Source: Gekko japonicus (Eukaryota). From it: DNA of 64,000 bases. The stretch lies in contig NW_015160219.1 of assembly GCF_001447785.1 (NCBI RefSeq), forward strand, positions 270,650-334,649. The letters run 5' to 3'. The notes under the pieces are model-generated. The model saw only the letters and a program-made list of their open reading frames with translations. It did no database searches and had not been told where the DNA came from. The position numbers were made by a program, and so were the translations under genes. Position 1 is the first letter of the stretch; each line of letters starts with the position of its first letter. Positions 36,509 through 49,010 of this stretch are shown one piece after another.

Positions 36509-37838
36509 AGAGTTATAGGCGTAACGCAGGGCCGGATTTAGACTTGCTGAGGCCCTAAGCTATACAAAACCCAGAGGCCCCCTACTGTTTTAAATTACAT
36601 CAGCTGGTCTCAGAAAAATTTAAAATATATACGCCTTTTTAATATTTGAAAATATATTGTATTTTAATTTTTATTATTTATTAAAATTAATAAAGGATGG
36701 TTTTCCCCCCGACGATCTGGGCCACGCCCCCAACGTGAGCGACGTGGCTGCGTCACCTCTGGTGAAGCAGCTTCGGGGGCGGAGTTCAGAAAATCCTGCC
36801 ACGGCGGAAATTGGGCCTCTAAAGCGGGGGATTCCCCGCCCCCCGCCCCCACTTGGCAGCCTTAAGTAGAGATGTTGGCACAGCATAATTAGCCTGAACT
36901 GAAAAGTATACTTAAGTAAGTAGATTATCCCCCTAAGCAGAAATCTTGAGGGAGACTGTGTGAATGTACAGTTCAAGGGCATTTTCTCATAAAGTATAGT
37001 TTCCTTCTATCAGTTTTGATTGCTCTTCTTGCACAATATTTATACTTGCTATATACTACCCAGCATTCTGCTATAAAAGTGCAGTAAAAAGAGCAGTAAA
37101 CACTAGTCCACAAGATTTTGATGCTTGTCAGTTTGCCACTATAGTACAAGAAAATGTATCTGCATGACTTTGATTTTCTACACATCTGTGAAAGCCAGAT
37201 GATGACATTAGGCAGTTTACCAGGTGTCACAAGGGAATAAGAAGATCAAGGGTGTGTCAGTTTTTGGGTACACATGCGTCAGAACATTGTAATTTATTAC
37301 TTCATTACTTAGCTGCAACTTTTGTGCTGAACTACTGCTGTCTCAAAAACGTGATTGTTCTTCCATAAACAGGAACTTTCTTTTTGTATTTAGGTATCTG
37401 TGTTTTCAGTTCATCATGGTGTGTTGTTGTGTAAGTTATATGTGGATAAAAGAAAGGTATAGGACAAATATACGTACATTTGCAGATATTAGCCTTATTA
37501 CTTAGGGTGAATGATTTTAGTGCGAGAAAAGAAAATAAGAGCCATGAAAGAGATTTTAAATACAAAGAGCGAATATAGTAGACATCATATTGAAATCCTT
37601 TTGAGTTCAGTGGGACTTGTTCCAGAGCAGATTTGCAGAGGCCTGCAGTTCAGCAGTGCAATCCTAAACGAAAGGGCTTGTAAGCTTGTTGACTTCAGTG
37701 AACTGAGAAGGGTGCAAGTCTGCTGGATATAAAAGGGTGTCATTCTGGTTAGGATTACACTGTTGCTGTTGAAAATGTAAGAATCTCTGCAGGGTGAGTT
37801 ACAGGTGGCTTGGGTCTGCCAGGCTACAGGTACTAGAA

Positions 37839-37995
37839 AGAGAGCCAGTATGGTGTTGTGGTTAAGAGGGTAGATTCATATCTGGGAGACCCAAGTTCAA
37901 ATTCCCACTTGTGCTATAGAAGCACCCTCTCAGCCTAACCTCACAGGGTTGTTGTGAGGATAAAATGGTGGAGAGGAGATTGATGTAAGCCTCTT
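37839..37995 (+). mobile_element. tRNA-derived SINE (Squam3/MIR-like)
   Basis: agagccagtatggtgttgtggttaag head; ctcacagggttgttgtgaggataaaat core. Related copies at ~7310-7440, ~27520-27722, ~30190-30395, ~45160-45376 and ~61455-61670. Confidence 0.7.
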
Positions 37996-38777
37996 TCCTT
38001 TCTGTTCTTAAATAGAATGGCCTGCTTCTATAAAAATTCCTCTTTTCACATGTTTCTCAAATGAGTTTGGACGGTGTATTTATTGGTGCTTGACAATCTT
38101 ATGAACCTGTCTGGGGATAGAGGCCCCCTGCAATTACCTCCTTCTGAGGAGCCCAGCGAGCTGGCCACGGCAGCCCCCTGCAGCTTCCACCACTGGCTGG
38201 CCCTGCCCTGGCGGTAAGGGCCTTGAGTGACCATCCCTGACAGCCATCAGCCAAGTAGGGGAGGGGAGGCAAGGCGTCACCAGCAGCTGGGAGGCCCAGC
38301 AGACCAAAAATTGTCCAGGGGAATATGAAATGGGCCATAGCCATGGGAAGGAGGGGTAGAAAAGGCTTTTAAAGACTTGGAGGAGAAATGGCAGGCTGGA
38401 GAGGGCAGAGGGATGACAGCGCATTAGGTGGGAGGCCAGTCAGTGAAGGGGTTTGGGAACCCAGGGAAGTTCCACCCAGGTATGCCTGGTGACAGTGGAG
38501 GAGGCCTGGTCTTGTCCTGAAAGATAGAAGCTGTGGGGAGGGAACCAGGGTAAAGGAATCCCCCTCCTTTCCATTGCTGAGGCATTGTTCACAGGAGCAT
38601 TGGAAAAGATGCTGGAAGATGAGCCCTGGACTCTGTACCCAGGGCAGAGGAGTCTGACAGAACCATGAATGCCAGTTCTTTAGGCCCCCTTCCATCTTGT
38701 TGGTAAAGACAGATGGGTACAAGTAGCCTTCTGATTTCTGGTTTCCTGAGACTTGTATGACAGTTAAGTACTATCTA

Positions 38778-38985
38778 TTGACTTGAGATGGAATTTATTC
38801 TCAGGCCAGCTTTCCCCCCATCAAGTAGTGTTTTCAAGGCAGGAGACATTCAGAGGTGGTTTGCCATCACCTGCCTCTGCATTGAGACCCTAGTATTCCT
38901 TGGTGGTCTCCCATCCAAATACTGAACAGGGTCAACTCAACTTCACTTCCAAGATCTGATGAGATACGGCTATCTACATCAGGGC
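38778..38985 (-). mobile_element. 5S-derived SINE
   Basis: ccttggtggtctcccatcca...agatctgatgagat. Confidence 0.75.
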
Positions 38986-39107
38986 CCTGCATAATAGTGC
39001 GTTATGATTAATCAGGTGCAGAATATTTGCCTCACTATTGGTCTGTCCCACTAGTCCCAGATAGCTACACTTAGGGACATAATTTTAAGTGTATTAATGG
39101 GCTATTT

Positions 39108-39300
39108 CAGGGGTGGCCAAATTTGTTGAATGTAGCAGCCACACAGAATAAATGTCAGATGTTTGAGAGCCGCAAGACATGAACAAATATCACACACACT
39201 TTTTAATTGAAAAATATGCAAATTTGCTTTTTATTAACATTGAATTAGACTGTTGGAAAGAGACGCATGTGGCTTCCGAGTTGCAGTTTGGCCACCCCTG
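39108..39300. mobile_element. hAT MITE
   Basis: Perfect TIRs CAGGGGTGGCCAAA/TTTGGCCACCCCTG; TSD ggctattt/ggctatgt. Confidence 0.9.
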
Positions 39301-39383
39301 GGCTATGTCCTTTCCATTGTGCCTTAAAGGAAGAATATAGTGATTCAGTATTGGCTGACATTACAGCCCCATTTGAGCTTGCC

Positions 39384-39387
<4 letters not shown>

Positions 39388-39418
<31 letters not shown>
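39388..39418. repeat. (GT)n microsatellite
   Basis: Direct observation. Confidence 0.95.
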
Positions 39419-39421
<3 letters not shown>

Positions 39422-40039
39422 CATACGTGTGTGATCTCTTGCTAGACCTGCAACTGATGAGGTCAAGTCACATTCTTCCTTCTTGATGTGTTTCACTACC
39501 ACTGTCTCTGCATGACTGTGAGTCTAGTCTAAAACCAGATATGAACATTGTTGTTAAGATAACCTCTTGAAAAAGATAGTTTGCTGGGCTACTTGTTCTA
39601 TTATCTGATTATCCGGTAAGACAAGATAATTTGCCTTTGCTACAATATTGCCCCATATTTCCAGAGGTGGTTGTGGTGGTGGTGATGGTAACCTGTAATT
39701 CTCTTTCTTCTTTATGATACTTGACTTTTCCCATCTTGACCTGAGCATGCTCAGTTGCCTCCAACTTTCCCTCATAAGGCATGTCTTCATATCTTTACAA
39801 ATCACTGTTGTTGTTGCATGTTCATCCTGGAATGCTGGTACTATTAGAAAGTGATACCATTCTTAAAAGGGGATGTGACTAAACTTTGACAGAGCTTTCT
39901 GACCTTGGGATGAGCTGAGACAGGGGAACTATTATTTATTTGTTTTGTTTGTTTGATTACATTTGTGAATTGCCTAATTCCCACAAATTTGGGGCTCTAG
40001 GCTATGGACAAATTTAAAATAACTAAAACCATAAAACTG

Positions 40040-40360
40040 CCACAATGTATTATACACAACAAATGGCGAATTTGTATTTCGTAGTGCCCTCCCAGTCCTG
40101 GATTGTGAGTGTTTCATGGGCATGGGGAGGGAATAACTCAAGAGGAGTAGGAGATTCAGGTAAGGCTGGGTGCCAGCCATGATGTAAACCATCGCTGTCC
40201 TCAACCAAATATGCCTGGCGGAACATCTCTGCTTTACAAGCCCTGCAGAATTTGCATGAGATCCCAAAGGGCCCTGATGTTATCTGGCAGAGAGTTCCAT
40301 CAGGTCGGGGCTAGGGGTGAGAAGGCCCTGGCCATGGTTGAGGACAGCCAGATTTCTCTA
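40040..40360 (-). mobile_element. L2 3' fragment
   Basis: Reverse strand aligns by eye to 55717-55860. Confidence 0.65.
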
Positions 40361-41023
40361 TTATGCCCTTTAGCAGTGATGTGAGTTTTCTGGAAAATAA
40401 TGAATGGGAATTTTTTTCTGGAAAAGATTCCAATGAACTGAATTGAGCATGCTCTGATTTAACATGTTTATATAGATTTTTATACAGTATACAAGAATGT
40501 AAAAGTATCCCATTTTAGTTTTATGTCCCCAAAGCAACAAATAATTGAACTGAAAGTTTTGATTAGGATAAAAGAAATCAAATGTGGTTTAAATGTTATG
40601 GACATTCAAAACTTTTATGTGGATGTTATGTATATGTGCTTCTTAACATTGTTTAAATATAAGGGAAAAGAACCCAAAGGTACAAGAAACTGTTGACACA
40701 CACACTGGACAAACTATGCATGATTTGCTGTGGACACCCATCTGGACAATTCTTGGGATACCTCATCACTTACATTACTTATTAGTTCTGTATCAGATTG
40801 GTGATTCCGCCATGTGAAAGGAGACATACAAATAAGAATCTTAGGGATCTACCCTACGCAAGCCAATCAGAAGAATTCATAACTGGATTTAAGCAATGTT
40901 GATTTAGTACATGTATTTGTACTTTTATTCCCTTCCCCCACATTGCTAAATCAATACAGCGTACGTGTACTCCTATATACTATTTTGAGGGATAAAGTGA
41001 TACTATTTTGAGGGATAAAGTCT

Positions 41024-41232
41024 AAAGTGCCATCACATCACAGCTGACATCAGATGACCCTGTAGGGTTTTCAAGGCAAGAGATGAATAGAGGTGGTTTG
41101 TCATTGCTTGCCGCTGCATGCCAGCCCTGGACTTTCTTGGTGGTCTCCAGTCCCAGTTCTAACCAGGGCCAAGCCTGCTTAGCTGTTGAGATCTGACAAG
41201 ATTTGGCTAGTGTGGGCCATCCAAGTCAGGGT
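41024..41232 (-). mobile_element. 5S-derived SINE
   Basis: Same family as 9488-9697; gagggataa on both flanks; adjacent 23-bp tandem duplication at 40977-41021. Confidence 0.8.
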
Positions 41233-41660
41233 GAGGGATAATTACCGAAACAATATTAATTGTAACTCTGAGAATTTCCAAGCTTGTCTAATGTTGCATT
41301 AGCAATGACATCCACTCATTGTTACTAATTTTATTGAGTCTTTGGAAATGGAATCATTTCTATGAAAAACAACAACAACAAAGCGCTGGAAAAATGGTCT
41401 GCCCCACATCTTTGCTCTTGAGGTATTCTTGGGAAGCAAAGCAGAAGTAGCAGCCTGTATCATGGTACAGTCATTTCTGAAAGTAAAGTTACTAATGAAT
41501 TAGGATTCCTTAAAGAATGATGTAACAGTAGGATGCTTTGGAGGTCATTAATTCATAGAGTCACCATAAGTTAGAAGTGACTTGATGGCAAAGAATGATG
41601 TGACGTGGGTTTATGAAACATAAGCTAATGACTTTTTTTTTCTTTCCTGTTCTTCTGAAG

Positions 41661-42124
41661 GCTTTCATCTTTATCACAAGTTGCCCCATGTAGTGCCAGA
41701 GAGCTGCCTTCTCATTCTGGTTGGATTACTTCTGGGTGGAATTATGTTTGGCGTGCAGGAAAAGTCTCCACCGGTTATGAAGAGCGATGTTTTTTTCTTG
41801 TACCTTCTTCCCCCGATTGTTCTTGATGCTGGCTACTTTATGCCAACACGGCTCTTCTTTGAGAACTTTGGCACAATTTTCTGGTATGCGGTCATAGGGA
41901 CTCTCTGGAATTCATTTGGCATTGGCATTTCCCTCTTTGCCATTTGCCAGATTCCCGCCTTTGGGTTGAGTGATATCAGTCTGCTGCAGTGCCTCCTTTT
42001 TGGCAGCTTGATTTCAGCTGTGGATCCTGTGGCAGTGCTGGCTGTTTTTGAAAATATTCATGTCAACGAACAGCTGTACATCCTTGTTTTTGGCGAGTCC
42101 TTGCTGAATGATGCTGTAACAGTG
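41661..42124 (+). CDS. SLC9A2: NHE2 coding exon 2 (464 nt, phase 1/0)
   Basis: Long pyrimidine tract plus AG. Encodes [17 protein letters not shown]...[16 protein letters not shown]...[37 protein letters not shown] (CPA1 core, NHE2-specific ENIHVNEQ). Donor GTAAGT. Confidence 0.97.
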
Positions 42125-43982
42125 GTAAGTTGTTTTTAAGCTCTTTTTGTCACATGACGCTCTCATGGCATATTTTCAGCAATAGAATCCTTGGTGTTGA
42201 TTGAAAGTTGGACTGGAAATGTTATTAAGTTTGAGAAGAGAAGATATGATTGCCATCCCCCAGTTCCCAGCGGGGTCTCCCCTGCCTTTGGGGGCTCTGA
42301 TTTGCCACCAGCCAGCTAGCCAGCAGGGGAAGCCCCACCCCTAAACAGGGACATTGCCAGGCGACATCCCAGACATGATGATGTCACTCAGAAGTTACCA
42401 TCATCATGGTGGAATGTTGGAGGGGGTGACACTCTGGTTTTGAAGGCAAAAAACCATAGAGTTTTGCCCCCAAACTAGAGCTTCCCCCCAACATCCCCAA
42501 CATGATGATGTAACTTTTGGACCGGAACCTAGATCTTCCCACTGGCAGCCAGGTAAGACCTGGCAACGCTGGGGATGAATTCTTTAGACTAGAATTGCTG
42601 GTAATGCATAAGTAATACATCCTTTTAGCAGTTTATACATTTTATAAAATATTCAGTTGTTTGTCCCAGGACACAGGAGTTTGTTGGGGTGTCAGAAAGG
42701 AGAAGGAGGGGTGTCTAGCACTAGCTAGCTAACTGGTGAAGCATAAGGAGTCCTCATATCAAATGGAGACTGCAGACAGAAATTTCAGTTAGTGCTACCT
42801 TTATGTGGACATCTGTTTGTAGCTGCAATCTGATTACCGATGGAACCCTTAGATTGCCTTTAGATGGGAGCAAAGTTTAATCATTAACTGGATTGGTTTT
42901 AAAACACAGTAGATCTCATTATACACCCATTTCCCTATGTATAAATCAATCTGGCGTCACATCAGGATGGAACAATATTAGACTTTGTTCTTGCCTCAGT
43001 TTACTTTTGAAATCCTTGCTGATGCATTAATCCCCTCCTGCAGTAAATGAACACTGTAATGCCAGCCTTTCTCTTGATAGAATGATACATATATCTAGGA
43101 GTCTCTCCATCCACCATGTCTGTTATATAAAGAACAACATTATTTTAACTTTTGCATAGACTTCTCTGTACTGGTCTCAGAGCATGGGAGATCCAAAATA
43201 GACAAGACAATAGTTACAATCAGATGTTATGAAAAACTAAACAGTGATCTATGCCACCAGCATTGGTTAATCTACCAGATATAAGTAGCAAATCGTGGTT
43301 TGTGGGTGAATAACAGTCTCTCTGTATCTTGGCTCTTCTTGGCTTCAAAACAGAGAAGTCATCCTTCCTGAACTTGCATCTTTGTGGCCAAGTGGCTGCA
43401 AGGCACAGATAGTGTCTCAAATTGTGGTTCTTAAATTCAGAAGTCACTATAACCACAATTAGTGCAAGCTGTAGTTGACAAATTAGCTAATATGAAACGG
43501 CAATTTGTTGTACTCTTTGCATTTGGGCATCCCAGCTAGCCAGGGTTTGGTCATACTGTGGTTTAACGTAACTTCTGAGTTCAGTCTTTGGGTTGGATCC
43601 TGTACAGGTACAAGGGCTTCCCACTGAGCGAGAAAGAGAGGGGACCTCCGGAACAGGATTTCAGGTGGCATTTCAGGCTGCTTGTGGGACGGACGGAGCC
43701 GAGAAAGTCACTCTCTGTGGATGGAAATCCCCAACAGTGTCTATTTAACTCACCCTTATCTATTAATATCTATGTTACCATCGATTCACTATTTCAGCAG
43801 CAGCTGTTTAAAAAGATAGCAGAAGGTCGTTTGTGTCTTTTTACATTGTTGCATTGAATAGCCACGGCTGTGACATTTTTTGTTGGAGGTAATCAACAAA
43901 AAGGTGTACATGATGCTATTCAGATTTAATGCAACTATTTTATTTGTTGATCGCCTTTTCTATGGATCATGAAGATTATATA

Positions 43983-44266
43983 TAGGGTTGCCAATCTCCA
44001 GGTTCTGCGAAGAACTTTTTTTTCTGGCCTATTACATCACGGTTGTTTTGCTTCCTTTCAACCTCCAGGTGGTGGCTGGAGACCTCCTGGGATTGCAACT
44101 GATCTCCAGGTGACAGAGATCGGTTCACCTGGAGAAAATGGCCACGCCGGAAGGCGAACTCTATGGCACTGTAGCCCATTGAAGTCCCTCCCCTCCCCAA
44201 ACCCCGCCCTCCTCAGGCTCCCCTCCCAAATCTCCAGGTATTTCCTAACCCAGAGCTGGCAACTCG
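43983..44266. mobile_element. TAGGGTTGCCA-type hAT MITE (relatives at ~42246-42570, 45035-45502 with nested SINE, ~49978-50170, 51160-51390)
   Basis: TAGGGTTGCCA...TGGCAAC termini and shared internal ggagaaaatggc/actctatggca motifs. Confidence 0.75.
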
Positions 44267-44390
44267 GTTACACACGCACCACTTAGGAAATGGTTGCTTG
44301 CTGGCTAATTGATTCTTTCCATTTGTAATGGTCTTACTGCTGAGAGGACAAGAGCGACAAATCTTGAATATTTATTAACATCGTTATTAT

Positions 44391-44752
44391 CAGGGGTCGT
44401 TTCGTAGAAAAAGAGCTAGGGGAACTCATTAGCATAACTCATTAGCATATGCCACACCCCTGACATCACCGGAAGTGTGTCATAAGGCCACACACCCCGC
44501 CCCCAATGTTCCCGGCCGGCGGGAGTGCAAGGAAGCCCCGCGAAGGCCCTCCCTGGCCCCAGGCAGGCAGGGGTGGGGAGAGGCAGGGAGGAAGCAACTT
44601 ACCCTCCCTCTTCTCCTGCCTCCTCCTGGCTGAATGAGGGCCGGAAGCGGGGCGGCCGGAAGCAGGGGGCGGGGCTTTGTCATGTGCCCCGCCCCCCATA
44701 CCTCACCCGGGGGAACTGCGATCCCCCGCGATCCCCCCCAAAATGATATCTG
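44391..44752 (+). mobile_element. hAT MITE, ATTAGCAT-repeat family
   Basis: Perfect 8-bp TSD GTTATTAT; CAGGGGTCGTTT left end. Confidence 0.9.
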
Positions 44753-45578
44753 GTTATTATTAATAATTTATTTTACCAGCATGCAATGGAAATTTTTAAA
44801 TAAAATATTGTAGATGGTCTGTTATTGAAACTAGTACGTGAGCATGTTTTGTGCCTTTGCCCACGTTTTGGGAGGTTTTTCCAGAGATCCCCACAGAACC
44901 CTCAAACTGCTCTTTGCAGTCCCCTGAATTTAAAAGCAGTTTAGAGATCTGACATGTTAAGAAGGAATTTCCATTGGTACAGGTATGGCATTTTTTTCTG
45001 GGGTCACCTAATGGCTGACGTGCACCCCTGAATTTAGGGCTGCCACGTCCCCCCTGGCTACTGGTGTGTGTGTGTAGGGGGGGGTAGGGTTACCAGATCC
45101 AGGTTGGGAAACTCCTGGATATTTGGGGATGGAGCCTGGGGAGGACAGGGACCTCAGTGAAGAGAAGAAGAGAAGAGATTGGATTTATACCCTGCCCTTC
45201 ACTACCTGACGGAGTCTCAGAGTGGCTTACAATCTCATTCCCCTTCCCCTCCCCCTCCCTACAACAGACACCCTGTGAGGTAGGTGGGGCTGAGAGAGCT
45301 CTTTCAAGAACACCTAATGAGAGAACAGCTTTGAAAGAATTTGTGACTGACCCAAGGTCACACCAGCAGCTGCATGTGGGGATACAATGCCATACAGTCT
45401 ACCAAAGCATCCATTTTCTCCAGTGGAACTGATCTCTGTAGTCTGGAGATGAGCTGTAATTCCAGGGGATCCCCAGGTCCCACCTGGAGGCTGGCATCCA
45501 TACCTGAAAGACTTCGTACACATCAGTCTTGGTCTTCTTTTGCAGTATGTTGCTACAGTGGACAGGTGAGGTGACTAT

Positions 45579-46446
45579 GGCCCCTTTCACATTACTGTTC
45601 TAAACTGGATGTTATTCGTTGTTGGCCCGGTTCTGAGTAAAGCGATATAGGGATGGAGGTTCCTTACAGCAAATTTCATTCTGTTAATGAGCTGTCTCTG
45701 AAGCGATCTGGCCATTTCAAACAGCACCACACTTTTCCCCAGCCATTTTTCACTACACTATCTTCCTCAAACTTTTTCTTAACGTTCTAAGTTGAGTGAT
45801 ATAGTGTTAGACCAATACAGTGGTGCCACGGCATCTCTCAATGATACCACTGTAGCACTGAAGGGCTATACTGGTTTAGTGCTATAGTGCTCAATTCAGA
45901 ACATTCAAATAAAAGTTTGAGGAAGATTGCACTGCAAAAAAGGGTAGGGGAAAAGCGGCATTGTAGGAAGCGCTATGGACATTTTAAACAGCACACCACA
46001 GCAATTCAGAAGTGCAATGGAGATGTGAAAACGGAAGAAAGCAGTTTCCCTCAAAAACAGCCCAACTATGGCCCCGGTCGCGCAGAGAATTTGCTGTGCA
46101 AAAGGCATGAATGCTGGGTGGATTTTCGGGGCGTGATCACACCGCAACATCTGGGAAGCGTAGCGCACCCGTGGCCAACCTGTGGCATGCTGCCGAAGAT
46201 GCGCAGTTAACAAGTACCTGCAAAGATCAACTAGCAAATGGTTTGCCACGGGCTGCAGACGGACTCGTTCAGTGTGATCGAGCCTGCGCGCGCCTATTCT
46301 CTCCGACTTTCCTCTTTGCAGCGTGCACCGAAGGATGAAACCCCGGTGTACCACCGTCGCGTCTGATTGCATAATGGCGGATCAGAATGCGACGGCGCAA
46401 ATAGCCACGCCTCCCCCCGCGTTTTCTGGCATGTGTGGCAGGGGCC
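45579..46446. mobile_element. PIF/Harbinger-like MITE(s); possibly a separate younger element at 46070-46446
   Basis: GGCCCC...GGGGCC termini with TAT on each side (45576, 46067, 46447). Confidence 0.65.
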
Positions 46447-47302
46447 TATGTTTTGTCAACTGGATGCAAGTGGCTTTGTTTGAAAAAGTAAATAAAATCT
46501 GTTAGCAGCCGGTTATTAAAATGGGTGTGTCTGAAATGACCAAAAAAATCCATTAGCAACCAGCTACTAAAACAGAATACAAAGGCTGTTTGAAAGGGCC
46601 TATAAAACAGTGAGCACTTTTCAAACATTCTAAGCATGTTGGGGCTGGAGGGAAATCCTGACTGGAATATATACATAGAGGGTGTATGAGGCTCCACCTG
46701 CGGATAGACTCCATAACTCTCTGCAATGTGCAAATAGTATGTGGGAACTATCCTTCAAAACTATGGCAGAGACACTATTTAGAAAGGGTTCCTTGAAGGT
46801 AGGAATTCCCAGAAGTCACTCGTCTAGAGGATAGTTGGCTTCTTCCCTTCTGTGCAACTTAAGAGGCCCTGAGTACGATACACCAAAGGAACAAAAACTT
46901 GAAAGGAACAAGAATTGCCTGGGGAATGGAACAAGGAAGAGAGCAGGCTGGTTTAATGTGAGGTGGAAATGCAGTGTTTACAAGTTTGGTTTCTTCTGAT
47001 TTAAATCTCATTTGAAGGGGTTTCATGGGGCTTATTATAAATATGGTGTCTTCTGTTTCAGTTTTGCATAGTTATCCCCACCTAAGTGTATTTAGGTAAG
47101 TGAATGCCGCATCCTTCCCTGTGTGCTAGCACTTAGATCTTGTGGTAGCACTTAGATCAAATGTATGATCATCATGCTGGCTGCTTGTAAAAGCAACAGT
47201 GCGGCTGCATTATGAATTGTGTTTGATTTTTACCATTGGTTTATAGCGTTATGTCTCTCTTCTGGTGTGTAGAAACTGAAAATAGTTGCACGCTGAAACA
47301 AA

Positions 47303-49010
47303 AATTTATTTATTTATTAAATTAGATTTATTCATTTTTAAAAATCACCCTTCCCAGTTTGTGTGGGGTCATGGCGGTTCAAAACAATTTGGTTTGTTAC
47401 AATGTAAAATAAGTTAAAACCATAAAAATACAATATTTAAATATTCAGAAACATTTAAACATGTTAAAAACAAGGTGGCAGTGCTAGGCAGATGTAAAGA
47501 ACTGTCGCTGTCTTCCACCAAAGGCCTGGCGGAACACCTCTGCCTTACACATCCTGAGAAACTTTCACTTGCCAAAGGATTTCATCAGGCTGGGGCCAGG
47601 GCAGAAAAGGCCCTGGCCCTGGTTGAGGCCAGCTAGATATCTTTTGGGCTGGGGACCACCAGAAGGTTTTTATCCGCTGATCTTAATGCCTTTTGGGAGA
47701 GACGGTCCTGAAAGTATGTAGGTCCCTGACTGTTAAGGGCTTTAGAGGTAAGCACCAAAACATTGAATCTGATCTGCCTTACCAGCAACCAATGCAATTT
47801 GCGCAGCGCTGGATTGTCCTCCATGGGGTCCCTGTAAGGACCTGCGCTGCCATATTGTGTACAGTTGGAGCTTCCAGGTCAGTTTCAAGGATAGCCTGAC
47901 GTGAAGCGAGTTATAGTAATCCAGCCATTGCATTGATTACTGTGGCAAGGTCAGGGTGAGACAGATAGGGGGCCAGTTGTCTGACCTGGTGCAGTTAAAA
48001 AAATGCCTGCCGGACAACATTGGCGATCTGGGCCTCCATAGATAAAGCGGGGTCTAGGATTACCCCCAGTCTCTTGATGGTAGGTGCCGGTGTCAGAGGC
48101 ACCCCGTCAAGAGCTGGGAGTTGGCTCCCCAATCCCAAATCACACCCCCCCCCCGCCGCCACAGAACCTCCATCTTAGTCGGATTCAACTTCAACTGGCT
48201 TTGCTTCAGCCATCCCACCACAGCCTCCAAACCCTTGGCCAGATTTTTCAGGGCAGAGTTTGGACGGCCACCCATCAGCAGATATAGCTGGGTGTCATCA
48301 GTATATTGGTGACACCGAAGCCCAAAGCGCCAAACCAGCTGGGCAAGGGGGCACATATAGATATTAAACAGCTTTGGGGAAAGGATCGCCTCCTGAGGCA
48401 CTTCACATATTAGTGGGTGTCTAGTTGATCTCTCCCCCCCCCAGTGCTACCCTGTGTCCCCGACCTTGGAGAAATGAGATCAGCCACTTCAAGACTGTCT
48501 TGCAGACTCCTACATCAGTGAGTTGGTGGATCAAGAGATCATGATTGACCACGTCGAACACTGCTGTAAGATCTAACAATTTCAGCAATGCTGACCCACC
48601 TTGATCCAGCTGCCTATGTAGGTCATCCATGCGGGCAATGAATACTGTCTCCATCCTACGGCTGGGGCAGAAACCAGACTGGAATGGGTCCATTGCTGAT
48701 GTTTCATCCAGGAAATTCTGGAGCTGCTTGGCAACCTCTCTTTCAGTTACCTTACCCAGAAACAAAAGATTAGAGACTGGTGTTAATTGGCTGGATCAGT
48801 AGGATCCAGAGTTGGCTTTTTCAAGAGCAGAACAACCACAGCCTCTTTCAACCCCCACCCCCCGATTGACCCCTGAATCCACGGACAGATTAACAATGTC
48901 TACCAAAGGCCCCCCATATACCCTTGCTGCTGGCCTTCATCAGCGACGAAGGACATGGGTCTAGGAGGCACGTGGTTGGCCTAACAGCACCCAGAATCCT
49001 GTTGCTGGGG
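47303..49010 (-). mobile_element. Decayed L2-clade LINE
   Basis: Reverse frames MDPFQSGFCPS, PQEAILSPKLFNIYM, HQYTDDTQLY and LRKLHWLLV; (TTTA)n tail at ~47305. Confidence 0.88.
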
